From IMG/VR virus record IMGVR_UViG_3300034033_000050: a DNA stretch of 64,000 nt, one strand, 5' to 3'. Positions 1 to 9,068 of the stretch are shown piece by piece. Source of the DNA: a virus. The position numbers and the translations under genes are program-made. Position 1 is the first letter of the stretch. Each line of letters starts with the position of its first letter. A model generated the notes under the pieces. That model was not told the DNA's origin. It saw only the letters and a list, made by a program, of their open reading frames with translations, and did not search any database.

Positions 1-158
1 TGCTGACCCACAACAACGTGATTCATACTAGTACACACTAATTTTCTACTATCTACATTCATTAATGACATTTTCGCCACCTCTTTAAAGTTTACATGTA
101 AGCATTGTAACCAGACTACAATGCCTGTGCTTAACCAGGCACAGGCATTGACCAATAA

Positions 159-485
159 CTAATTTCTAAAATGAAACGCTATTTCGGTATTGGTTAAACT
201 AATATGTCTTAGATTACTCAACCCGCTTAAAAACTCGACATCATCCATATCAAGCGCCTTGGGGCTTTTATCATATCCCAAAATTTTAGAAGAGGGCATT
301 ATGAAATTAGCAATGTGTCCATGAATAGTTTCAAAGATAAAAACCTTTGGCAAGCAATTGAAATGCTCTCCTATATCTTTAATCAAACTTCTTGAAAGAC
401 TAGATAAACAAGCCACATCCTCATCATTGTAATAAATTTCTTGTGCCACCACTTCATTATTTTGAACACTTGCTGAATTACCCAT
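159..485 (-). CDS. hypothetical protein (108 aa)
   Basis: Intact ORF; upstream GC-N5-TATAAT promoter (ATTATA at 514-519 on +) and AG-rich RBS. Confidence 0.75.
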   Translation of the reverse strand: MGNSASVQNNEVVAQEIYYNDEDVACLSSLSRSLIKDIGEHFNCLPKVFIFETIHGHIANFIMPSSKILGYDKSPKALDMDDVEFLSGLSNLRHISLTNTEIAFHFRN

Positions 486-558
486 TTTCTCATTCTCTTT
501 GTTTAGATACTAGATTATACAAACGCTAATTAACCAACATCGCTCAAGCAACCGCCGC

Positions 559-1965
559 TCAAGCAGGTTGCTTTGCATCAAAATAGCCTTCAATGTGTCT
601 TTTAACACAACGAGTCACCATTTTATGCAGCCCTGAAGAGACGCTCTGGCCAATGATTTCCGAGCCGATATCTTTACTCACACAATCTAGCTTAAAATCA
701 GAACACCCCATAATATCCTTAAGCAATCCCTCGCTAGGCATATAGTAACGTCCGTCTACTTTTACGGCTAAAGTATCTTTGGCACCACGATTTTGGCTCT
801 TTAATATTGTAGGTGAAAATTCAGTATCTTTAGTAATTGTTCTTAAGCGACCGCACTTGGCACCATCCTGAATAGATTTACATTCTGTTATGTCGCGGCA
901 ATCTGGCAAGTGTGTTTGAACCACATCCCACAAACGAATATTAGACGTTCTAGGCTGTTCAAACACAAAACCCTCATTTAGCACTGTAAACACAGCATAG
1001 CCGCGCTCACGCCTTGTTATGCTGCCATAATCAGACCCTTTTGCAATCAATAAGTGTTCAGCATAGCCCCATTTAGCCATTCGCAATTTAAACATTTTGT
1101 AAATGTCAGACCTGAAAAAGCCAACCACCTGTTCTAGCATCACGATAGCAGGGGCAACCGCTGAGATAATACGCATAAGGTCAAACGTCATATCTAGCGT
1201 AGAATTTAGATTAATTAACGATTCCTCTTTTAACTTATTGGACTTTACATTGGTAAATTCATCACATTGAATTGAAGCAAGCATAAGACCTGCATTGACT
1301 CCAGCTGATAAAATAGTGTTAACATCAATAGTGGTGATATCTTCATTGAAAACATTTCTAATACTTTTAGTGTTTCGCAATGCTGTTAATGCTCCAGTTT
1401 CGGTCAAATCGCTTTTTCGTTTTGCATCTCTAGCCTCAGAACTGCGATAGTCCAAAAGTGAATTTAATACTAGACCACAATCTTCCATCATGCTGGTGTC
1501 CACTCCACTTGAGCAAATAGCAAACATATTAAGCATATTGGATCTGTTTATGTTTTTTCTTGCCCGTGCAAGATGTGTAATCATTGGCACAACCGTTATT
1601 AGACCGTTTTTAAAGGTTATGTGCAGGTAAACGCAATCATCAGGCAATGATTTATTCAAAAGTTTCTTGCTTCCAGTTTCAAGCAACGTTTCGATTGGGT
1701 TGTTTTTACGTGACTTGTAATTTCTTGAATACACCTTTTTGGTTTTATTTATTGGTGTGTCAAAAATATCAAAGACTTTGCGTATAACGAAACCCTGGTT
1801 TTCTCCCAAAGACTCCTCAACAACCCGATCACCACCTGCAAAATCGAACAAAACGAGCCAATTAGATGAAATAACAACTTTTCTATTCCCTCCTGTTTGC
1901 TTAATCTTCAGCTGCTTGGTTGCTATATTGCTAGGAATTGCAAAGCTTTGAACTAAATTACTCAT
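559..1965 (-). CDS. C5-cytosine DNA methyltransferase with ~140-aa N-terminal extension, no cognate nuclease
   Basis: Degenerate motif I (AICSSGVD), motif IV (SIQC), motif VI (LEQV), motif VIII (RRER), motif X (GQSV) in the expected order. Confidence 0.75.
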   Translation of the reverse strand: MSNLVQSFAIPSNIATKQLKIKQTGGNRKVVISSNWLVLFDFAGGDRVVEESLGENQGFVIRKVFDIFDTPINKTKKVYSRNYKSRKNNPIETLLETGSKKLLNKSLPDDCVYLHITFKNGLITVVPMITHLARARKNINRSNMLNMFAICSSGVDTSMMEDCGLVLNSLLDYRSSEARDAKRKSDLTETGALTALRNTKSIRNVFNEDITTIDVNTILSAGVNAGLMLASIQCDEFTNVKSNKLKEESLINLNSTLDMTFDLMRIISAVAPAIVMLEQVVGFFRSDIYKMFKLRMAKWGYAEHLLIAKGSDYGSITRRERGYAVFTVLNEGFVFEQPRTSNIRLWDVVQTHLPDCRDITECKSIQDGAKCGRLRTITKDTEFSPTILKSQNRGAKDTLAVKVDGRYYMPSEGLLKDIMGCSDFKLDCVSKDIGSEIIGQSVSSGLHKMVTRCVKRHIEGYFDAKQPA

Positions 1966-2176
1966 TGAAACACTCCAAATTATTGATGATAAATTATAGA
2001 AACGCTAGAAACAACTCTTAAAAATAAAGAACGAAAATCTAGAAATAAAATAAATATAATGATACTATTCAATAACGCTAGCGGGAATAATACTGTTAGT
2101 TTTGACCAGAGCCAGTTACCATTGACGAACTGGCTTTGATCTAAAACCAAGAGCAGGCGCTTAATTAATTATCAAA

Positions 2177-2386
2177 TCAGTCCAAAAACCAAATCCCAGA
2201 CTTTTTTACATTTCTGGTTTCTTCCCAACCTTTAGTAGTGACGCGTACAGTCATTTTATCCCCTAAATCTTTAACGAGCTTCACCATAAAAATACCGCCC
2301 ATGCCGCTATTGATAATACATTTTTTAGTGAAATCAATATTTTCCACCTTATTAAGAAATACTTTCTTTTTTGGATTGCTTAACAT
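2177..2386 (-). CDS. hypothetical protein (69 aa)
   Basis: Intact ORF, GGAG-type RBS, downstream hairpin at about 2110-2137. Confidence 0.6.
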   Translation of the reverse strand: MLSNPKKKVFLNKVENIDFTKKCIINSGMGGIFMVKLVKDLGDKMTVRVTTKGWEETRNVKKSGIWFLD

Positions 2387-2443
2387 TTTTCTTCTCCAAT
2401 ATCAGTTATCATCCATTATAGGATTGCTAAATAACGTTAAAAA

Positions 2444-2764
2444 TCAAATAAGCCAGAACCAAGCACCAAAATCAGCCACCCCCTCATTATTATATAAATG
2501 GTATCCAACACTAACCACCAGACCACCACCATAGACATTAATTTCGATGCAGCCTTTACCATACCAATTAACAAGAAAATCTATATACCTATCAATCTCA
2601 CATATCATTGATTGTGTCTTTTCTTTATTTAACGCCATTTGTTTACTCAACAGCTGCTTATAGTCAAACTTAAGGTTAATAACACTCAATGACGCACAAC
2701 CGTAACTTGATGGTGATGGTACTTGAGATACTTGACTAATTTTTTCTAACATATATTTCTCCAA
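2444..2764 (-). CDS. hypothetical protein (106 aa)
   Basis: Intact ORF co-oriented with the array. Confidence 0.55.
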   Translation of the reverse strand: MEKYMLEKISQVSQVPSPSSYGCASLSVINLKFDYKQLLSKQMALNKEKTQSMICEIDRYIDFLVNWYGKGCIEINVYGGGLVVSVGYHLYNNEGVADFGAWFWLI

Positions 2765-2888
2765 TATTATTTAATTATATTTAGCACCAATGTAGAATAT
2801 TTATACAAAACAGTAGTAATTAATAACACTGATACCTTAGTATCTATGGCAAAACGAAATAACCGATAATAAAAAACCAGCCCAAGAT

Positions 2889-3398
2889 TTGATAACAATA
2901 CGATTCGATGATAATATTGAACATATTATAGATTTGGTAACAACCATGGCCATTAATAAAATAAACATAAAACCATACAGGCAGATATTAGAAGCAACCA
3001 TTGCTCATATGACACCTGCAAAGTTCAGTTCAATTCTAGGCAATGCAGCAGCCAACCTTAATGATGTTCACTTAAGAACGGCCATTATAGAAATAATAGA
3101 CGATCTACAAGACAAAGGGTTATTCAAACGAAGTCGCAAACCATTCATGCTATCAAGCAAATATACAGACATTTCTGATTATGATGGGGCAGAAAACATA
3201 TTTCAAAGGGTGAGAGACTACGTTACAGCTGTTGTTGATGCCGACCAAGAGGATAGGGCGGAAATCATTCAGAACATGAATCAAAGCAAAACATTAATAC
3301 CAGACATTGCAAAAATCATGAGTGATTACTGGGACACACATAAAAAGGAGCTTGAAAACGATATTGAAAACGAACTATATAAAGCTGAATACTTTTAA
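2889..3398 (+). CDS. hypothetical protein (start uncertain; alternative ATG at 2947)
   Basis: 169-aa ORF, one of only three plus-strand genes; hairpin at about 3438-3458 between convergent genes. Confidence 0.7.
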   Translation: MITIRFDDNIEHIIDLVTTMAINKINIKPYRQILEATIAHMTPAKFSSILGNAAANLNDVHLRTAIIEIIDDLQDKGLFKRSRKPFMLSSKYTDISDYDGAENIFQRVRDYVTAVVDADQEDRAEIIQNMNQSKTLIPDIAKIMSDYWDTHKKELENDIENELYKAEYF

Positions 3399-3480
3399 CC
3401 TGAACCATATGGATATCAATGTGAAATTTAACAATAAGGCCAAAGAATATCCATGGCCCTATTGGTGCATTATTTAATAA

Positions 3481-3684
3481 TTAAGACAGTCTTTTTTGAC
3501 GCCTAAGCATTTTTTTCTGATTCAACTTGCGTTGTTTTCTATCAAAATAATCATTATGCTTACTTTGCATGACGCTAAATTCCATTTGATTTCTCCAATA
3601 TGGGCTATCGACTCCCATATCCACATTAAACAACCATGACAATAAAACATTAAATTCTTTCTTGAATAATTTAAGTAAACGCAT
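3481..3684 (-). CDS. hypothetical basic protein (67 aa)
   Basis: ORF with motif promoter at 3715 and GGAG RBS. Confidence 0.65.
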   Translation of the reverse strand: MRLLKLFKKEFNVLLSWLFNVDMGVDSPYWRNQMEFSVMQSKHNDYFDRKQRKLNQKKMLRRQKRLS

Positions 3685-3893
3685 TTTGATCTCCTTTGAT
3701 ATTAATAGTAATTAATTATAGATGCGCTAGAAATTAGATAAACTACATCAGTCCCATTGAGATAACGAATGCAGCTCACTATGCACACCCCGCCCAAATA
3801 AATAGCTACGCATTAACTCCAACTAGCACCCCATGAAACACATTGACAAGAGACTACCCTTGTGGCTAACCTTGCGTTAACAAAACATTCCAT

Positions 3894-4310
3894 TTAATTA
3901 GACTTCTTGGTAAGCCGCATGACTCCCTTGATACAGCCCATAAACACCCCTTTTTTGAAAAATAGTGTGCCTCCATCATGATTCCAAACCTGTTTAACGC
4001 CCATTTCCTTCAATAATAAGATATTGCTTTTAGCCATTTTAACGCCGTTAACAACATCAACATCCTGCCAATACTTAATATCCGTATATTTAGAAGACTT
4101 GATCTGACCTATTATCGAAGCAACTCCCTGTTTTAATATGTCTGGACAATCAGATAGTTTATTATCAGCCCAAAGACACTCACCCTCAAAGAAAATAAAC
4201 TTAGACATATCACTAAAACATGACATGCCATCGAGCCTAAAAGGCTTTCTCAACGCTTCGTTTCTTGCCTTGTCATCAATGAAACTTAATACAATTGCTT
4301 CGTTTTTCAC
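3894..4310 (-). CDS. hypothetical protein (138 aa)
   Basis: Intact ORF in array. Confidence 0.65.
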   Translation of the reverse strand: MKNEAIVLSFIDDKARNEALRKPFRLDGMSCFSDMSKFIFFEGECLWADNKLSDCPDILKQGVASIIGQIKSSKYTDIKYWQDVDVVNGVKMAKSNILLLKEMGVKQVWNHDGGTLFFKKGVFMGCIKGVMRLTKKSN

Positions 4311-4361
4311 ACCCTGTCTCCGTAGATTAAAAAATAATTATAATAAGCCCAAATTACTGCA

Positions 4362-4727
4362 CTAAACCCGAACCTCAACAAAACCACCAACATTAACGCC
4401 ACAATCATAGCAAGAATTAAAATTTTCCATATTTTGCTCAACAATCCATTTTTGAGCACTCGCATTCCATACTGTTTTGGCAGCCGAAACAATGTTTGTC
4501 CCATTACAGCTTCTACAATGATACTGAACACGCCTCACACCACCATCGCACCGCCTTAGAGGACCAAACACCTTTATGCCCTTAAAGCCCTTCATTCGCT
4601 TTTGTAGAGAATCCTTAGACATAGAAGCATACAGAGGCATATAGCTAGAATCAAACCCAACCCAAAAACCCATCTCCCGCAAATTGTGAGCATTATCGAC
4701 ACTCAACTCTTTTATACATGTAGACAT
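4362..4727 (-). CDS. hypothetical protein with CxxC pairs (possible Zn ribbon)
   Basis: CRSC and CYDC motifs. Confidence 0.65.
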   Translation of the reverse strand: MSTCIKELSVDNAHNLREMGFWVGFDSSYMPLYASMSKDSLQKRMKGFKGIKVFGPLRRCDGGVRRVQYHCRSCNGTNIVSAAKTVWNASAQKWIVEQNMENFNSCYDCGVNVGGFVEVRV

Positions 4728-4796
4728 TTAATTATCCTTTAATGATATTAATACTCATATTTTAAACTGACGATAAACTGCAGATCTCATTCAAAT

Positions 4797-5339
4797 TTAA
4801 CGAACCCTATCATCATTAAAATCTAAATTCACTTGAATATATTTGTTGTCATGTGATTGTTCGGTGATAAAATAACCAATTCTGAAACCTTGATGGAAGC
4901 CACTTACAAAATCAATATCCCCATTTGGCGCATCGGTAAAAGTCCAAACATATTTACTGTCCATACTGCGCACATGGGCGACCTCTGGACCATAGGTTTC
5001 AAACATACAATCATTCAAGCTCGACTCATCTTTTGATATGGTGTTTTTTACCATGGTGTATTTTTCATCAAAATCATCTTCACTAATTACCATATCAGTT
5101 CTAACAAACACACCTTCATCGCCCAATGCGTATTGCACCGAATGCTCATCGCACAAATGTTCATTTGTAACAGCACAAAAATAGGCCTCATCATCATGCA
5201 GTAAATGAGTTTTACACACATCACAAACAACACACTCATCCAGCCATTCTTTGGACAATTTAAAATCAGTAATTTGTTTATCGGTAAACTCTACGCCTCT
5301 TTTTTTATATTCTTGGATTACTTCATCAAAATTACTCAT
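4797..5339 (-). CDS. hypothetical acidic protein, Cys/His-rich N-terminal half
   Basis: ORF with motif promoter at 5373; CxxCxxC and CxxH motifs. Confidence 0.75.
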   Translation of the reverse strand: MSNFDEVIQEYKKRGVEFTDKQITDFKLSKEWLDECVVCDVCKTHLLHDDEAYFCAVTNEHLCDEHSVQYALGDEGVFVRTDMVISEDDFDEKYTMVKNTISKDESSLNDCMFETYGPEVAHVRSMDSKYVWTFTDAPNGDIDFVSGFHQGFRIGYFITEQSHDNKYIQVNLDFNDDRVR

Positions 5340-5433
5340 AAGACACCATTTTTTTTATTGTTTAATTATTAGATTATAGACATGCGACATACACAAAAAC
5401 ATAAAAGCAACGGGAAGAAAATGGATATAACAC

Positions 5434-5670
5434 CTATGGCAGTATGAGCCCATTAGCAAAAACAGACTTAATGAAGTTATCCAAATCATCCAAACTCCCA
5501 CGTTTTATATAAGCACCAGTTAATGAAGCCACCAAATCAGAAATGCCATCAATTTGTTTATCTATATTGAAATATCTAGCCACAACCTCTTGTTCGTTCA
5601 CAATAAACCATTGCCCAACCCTATCAAAAGTAGCTTTCCACTCAGCTAATGAAAATTCGAGTTCAGTCAT
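5434..5670 (-). CDS. hypothetical protein (78 aa)
   Basis: ORF; its upstream region is a near copy of the one before 4797-5339. Confidence 0.7.
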   Translation of the reverse strand: MTELEFSLAEWKATFDRVGQWFIVNEQEVVARYFNIDKQIDGISDLVASLTGAYIKRGSLDDLDNFIKSVFANGLILP

Positions 5671-5765
5671 AAGACACCTTTATATTATTGTTTAACTACT
5701 AAATTATAGACATACGACATACACAAAACGTAAAATCACATCGAATGGGGTAATGAATTAAGAAG

Positions 5766-5938
5766 CTAGGCGGTCAGAATAACCTCCACAAGCGTTTTGT
5801 TCACAATACCTAGCTCATATTGTCTAGAATGGCTAAAATAATCTTTAAGCACACTCAACGCCCAATCACAGCCGGTTATATCATCATAACAATCCCATCT
5901 TTTTGAACATGTTTTACAATATTATTGTACAAATTCAT
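5766..5938 (-). pseudogene. possible frameshifted small gene
   Basis: One extra base in the T4 run at 5912-5915 would give a 57-aa ORF (MNLYNNIVKTCSKRWDCYDD...); no homolog available to confirm. Confidence 0.3.
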
Positions 5939-5971
5939 TTTTGTTCTAGACTTCGCATTTAGAGTCATCAT

Positions 5972-6208
5972 TTAAGCCACCTTTGATTGTAATAATTTAA
6001 TTTTTGCCACAATTGCACTGCATATCGTTCCACCTGCAGACTCGCCCATTTTTTCAGTTTGAAAATGAAATTCCTTCCACAATTGGTTTACATCCTTACC
6101 CTCTGTTATTTCATCAATTTCTGTACACTCATCACCAAAAAAACAAGAAAGATTATTTTCATAAGATGCATTATCGGGATTAAACAAAGTATTAATATTA
6201 TTTGACAT
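5972..6208 (-). CDS. hypothetical acidic protein (78 aa)
   Basis: ORF with GT-N5-TATAAT at 6237. Confidence 0.7.
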   Translation of the reverse strand: MSNNINTLFNPDNASYENNLSCFFGDECTEIDEITEGKDVNQLWKEFHFQTEKMGESAGGTICSAIVAKIKLLQSKVA

Positions 6209-6252
6209 GATTTATTTCCATTAATTTATATATTTAATTATAGACAAACACA

Positions 6253-6285
6253 AAACCCCTGTGGCTAACTTAATGCCACAGGGGA
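6253..6285 (-). terminator. intrinsic terminator
   Basis: CCCCTGTGGC/GCCACAGGGG stem followed by a T-run on the minus strand. Confidence 0.8.
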
Positions 6286-6298
6286 CTATGAAAACCAG

Positions 6299-6826
6299 CT
6301 AGAGCAAAGCCATTACTTTTAAAATAACACCTGATATCACTCCCAAAGCCTCGCAAAGATCAGACTTTGTACAACGAAAATAAAATACCCCCTCACACAT
6401 CGCAGTAATTTGCCATTCTTCGGCATTGCCAAGATTCTCAATTACAAGCTCAACCCCGTCCAAGGCATGGCTATTTCCACTTATTTTATCTTCGACATTG
6501 ATATTAATAGTAAACTCATTACTAGAGTCTTGAAACCCATCCTGCCAATATTCGCCACCCTTTGCAATATCAGAACTAAATAACAAAGCCTCAAGATGCC
6601 AACCAAGGGCCGTTCTATCAACATAGGGAAAAGCATAATCCAACAACGCACCGCATCCTAATTGCTCGCCTGCATCACCAGATTTGGAAAATGAAGAGAT
6701 ATAACCTCTGTTTTTATTAGCATCATTTGTAATATCTACCTGTCTTACAGCCTTACCATAAGTAAAAGTGATTTCTGTATCAATTGAACGGTTTTTGGAT
6801 ATGGGAACTATTTTTGAATTTGCCAT
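6299..6826 (-). CDS. hypothetical protein (175 aa)
   Basis: ORF with GC-N5-TATTAT promoter at 6857 and terminator. Confidence 0.75.
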   Translation of the reverse strand: MANSKIVPISKNRSIDTEITFTYGKAVRQVDITNDANKNRGYISSFSKSGDAGEQLGCGALLDYAFPYVDRTALGWHLEALLFSSDIAKGGEYWQDGFQDSSNEFTININVEDKISGNSHALDGVELVIENLGNAEEWQITAMCEGVFYFRCTKSDLCEALGVISGVILKVMALL

Positions 6827-6938
6827 GCTGTATGCCTTTATGATTGGATATAGCTAATAATAACCACGCTAAATAACCGATTAGAATTTACTTACACCCC
6901 ATACATTAGAAATGATTTCTAGTATATTTTAGAGCCAA

Positions 6939-7283
6939 TTAAGCGGCAATATCTTCTACCATAGCCATAAGTTCCGATGTCCGAACCGAAGAATATAATT
7001 TTCTCGCATCTGCTCTATTAATATGTTTTTGTCTTGATATTTTTATAATCAAACGATGTCTTATGACCCTATTTGCATTTGATTTAGCCTCCAAAGGTAT
7101 TAAGGCTTGCTTACATGCGTATAGCACAGCCTTTTCGATTGGGGACGACCAATCAGAATGAATTAAAGAATTAGCACAAACAGGATTGCTATCAAGCAAA
7201 GCTTGAACACGTTTATCTATTCGATTACAAATTCTATCCATGACCCTTAAGATTCTCGCTTCATCTGTTTTCCAATTACGCAT
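6939..7283 (-). CDS. hypothetical protein (114 aa)
   Basis: ORF with GT-N5-TATAAT at 7315 and GAGAG RBS. Confidence 0.7.
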   Translation of the reverse strand: MRNWKTDEARILRVMDRICNRIDKRVQALLDSNPVCANSLIHSDWSSPIEKAVLYACKQALIPLEAKSNANRVIRHRLIIKISRQKHINRADARKLYSSVRTSELMAMVEDIAA

Positions 7284-7335
7284 AATATTCTCTCGCTTTA
7301 ATTAATACTGATTAATTATAGATTGACCATATATA

Positions 7336-7626
7336 GAAAAAAAAGAATAATTAGAGTTTTGCATAGTGAGGAAGTGCTGCGATCCCTGGTAGGAGCGAAG
7401 CAAAGACCAGGGATCGCAGCAAGACGAACCACTCTGCTAGACATATTCGGTATAAAACCAAGTGGACGATACATCACACCTCAAACATGCCTATAAGCCA
7501 AAACTCTAATTATCTTTTCTGTAACCAACAACCAATCATAATAAAATGAAGAAACATTCTGGTTGCCAATCACCCTTAAAAACCCCAGCAACCATGCCCT
7601 TGCAAGTTAACACATTGGTTACTGAT
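7336..7626 (-). ncRNA. candidate ~290-nt structured ncRNA or ssDNA element
   Basis: Motif promoter at 7633-7645; no ORF of 60 aa or more; perfect 15-bp IR 7347-7361/7499-7513; perfect 15-bp inner stem 7376-7390/7406-7420; 8-bp IR 7521-7528/7615-7622; U8 run right after the outer stem. Confidence 0.6.
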
Positions 7627-7644
7627 GTTAATATTATAGTCACG

Positions 7645-7797
7645 CTATAAATCACCAGATTTAATTCTGGTTCTTAAATCGGTTTTGCGTGACTGTCGCA
7701 AAGCCTTACCACTTTTTACGTGGACAGACCCTTTGCCCATTAATGGATGATTCCAAAACAGATTTCTCACAACTTTCTTATTTTTATTGTTTTTCAT
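7645..7797 (-). CDS. small basic protein (50 aa; start re-set to MKNNK)
   Basis: Motif promoter at 7825; Lys/Arg-rich. Confidence 0.6.
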   Translation of the reverse strand: MKNNKNKKVVRNLFWNHPLMGKGSVHVKSGKALRQSRKTDLRTRIKSGDL

Positions 7798-7889
7798 TCC
7801 AATCACCACTAATATAATTACTAGATTATAGGCATGCCACAACCCCATAAAAAAACACTTTCATTTATAAGTAAAGTCACATATAATTA

Positions 7890-7964
7890 GCACTCTGCTG
7901 AATAAGCAGCTTAGAAAATAATATTTATAAAAATCCATTTACTGCTGAATAAGCAGCTTAGAAA
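7890..7964 (+). CRISPR. cas-less type I-F-like mini-array: two 28-nt repeats, one 19-nt spacer
   Basis: Repeats 7890-7917 and 7937-7964 share the identical 23-mer CTGCTGAATAAGCAGCTTAGAAA; the second matches the I-F consensus GTTCACTGCCGTATAGGCAGCTTAGAAA at 23/28 with a compensatory C-G to T-A stem change; TATAAT at 7882-7887; terminator at 8000-8025. Confidence 0.8.
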
Positions 7965-7999
7965 GTTATAATTATATTATTAACCACCCAATAGGTGGC

Positions 8000-8025
8000 A
8001 AAACCCGTTTTATAAACGGGTTTTT
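8000..8025. terminator. bidirectional intrinsic terminator
   Basis: AAAACCCGTTT-TAT-AAACGGGTTTT, T-runs on both strands. Confidence 0.8.
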
Positions 8026-8365
8026 ATTTGCCCACATGATTTAAAAATGAAGGTATATCAGGCTCACCACACTCAACCCAAGCTCCACTCTTCTCAGATA
8101 CCTCCAACCATATATCAACAGACGAGAACCACACCGTTCCATTGACAAACATATAGTCATCATCACTAGGGAACTCTTCATAATCAAAATCCAATTTATC
8201 TAGGAACTCATTAAAATCGCCGTGAGAATAACCCTGTTTCAGCATAATACAGTCTTTTTGTGGCAATAAAGGCTCATCCGAAACATGAACAATAGCACAT
8301 TTAATAGAATAATTACCGGCATCGGACAGAGCCTCCAACAGCTCTTGTTTTGCATTTCTAGACAT
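8024..8365 (-). CDS. hypothetical acidic protein (start re-set to MSRNAK)
   Basis: GGAG RBS before 8365. Confidence 0.7.
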   Translation of the reverse strand: MSRNAKQELLEALSDAGNYSIKCAIVHVSDEPLLPQKDCIMLKQGYSHGDFNEFLDKLDFDYEEFPSDDDYMFVNGTVWFSSVDIWLEVSEKSGAWVECGEPDIPSFLNHVGK

Positions 8366-8553
8366 TCTAAAACTCCAAATATTTATGTTAAAATCATTAT
8401 AGTGAAACCATATAATCAACCATTAATACAAATAAACCAATTCCACTAGCAACATCACATCCAACATTGATGATATATATTCGTTATTTATACAATCAAA
8501 TTTAAAACTATTGCCATTTATAAAATGTATTTTCATAAACATAATTTGATCGT

Positions 8554-8967
8554 TTAACTTCGCTCCATCCATGGACACATAGCTAAAGGCAAATGTATAT
8601 CCATTTCATTTTCCAAATAAGCCTTGCTTTCAAACTTCTCAAGCTTACATTCATCGTAATTTGCTGGAGATGGCTTTCTATCTGTAGAGTCAAAGTTTGT
8701 ATACCGCCCATTCTTAAAATAAGTTGTGCAATAGAAAGTTTCTCCTGTTTTAAGACTGTATTGCGTGAAGTCAAAAACAAAAAACAACAATGGATACTGT
8801 AAGCTATGATAAAACCACGCTGTTTGAATCCTATCCAAGTCACCAAAACACTCTGTATCAAATGGCACTCCCATAGCCACGCTCAGGCTTCGCTTGTGTT
8901 CCTCAACATCGACTCCACCACAACTCATGTCAAAATTTAATATTACTTTGTCCTTGCTCACACACAT
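8554..8967 (-). CDS. hypothetical protein (137 aa)
   Basis: ORF with motif promoter at 8995. Confidence 0.7.
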   Translation of the reverse strand: MCVSKDKVILNFDMSCGGVDVEEHKRSLSVAMGVPFDTECFGDLDRIQTAWFYHSLQYPLLFFVFDFTQYSLKTGETFYCTTYFKNGRYTNFDSTDRKPSPANYDECKLEKFESKAYLENEMDIHLPLAMCPWMERS

Positions 8968-9068
8968 TACCTTGTTTAAATTATATTAGATTCAATTATA
9001 TCTTGGCAAAAAAACCCCGAGCTGTATCGAGGCCAATTATCAAATATCATTAAGTTGCTTTTGGTTGG

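Noticed and set aside
7645-7797. Small basic protein as an ArfA-like ribosome rescue factor (HPL..GKGS)
   Set aside because: Similarity is limited to a few residues and cannot be supported without a search
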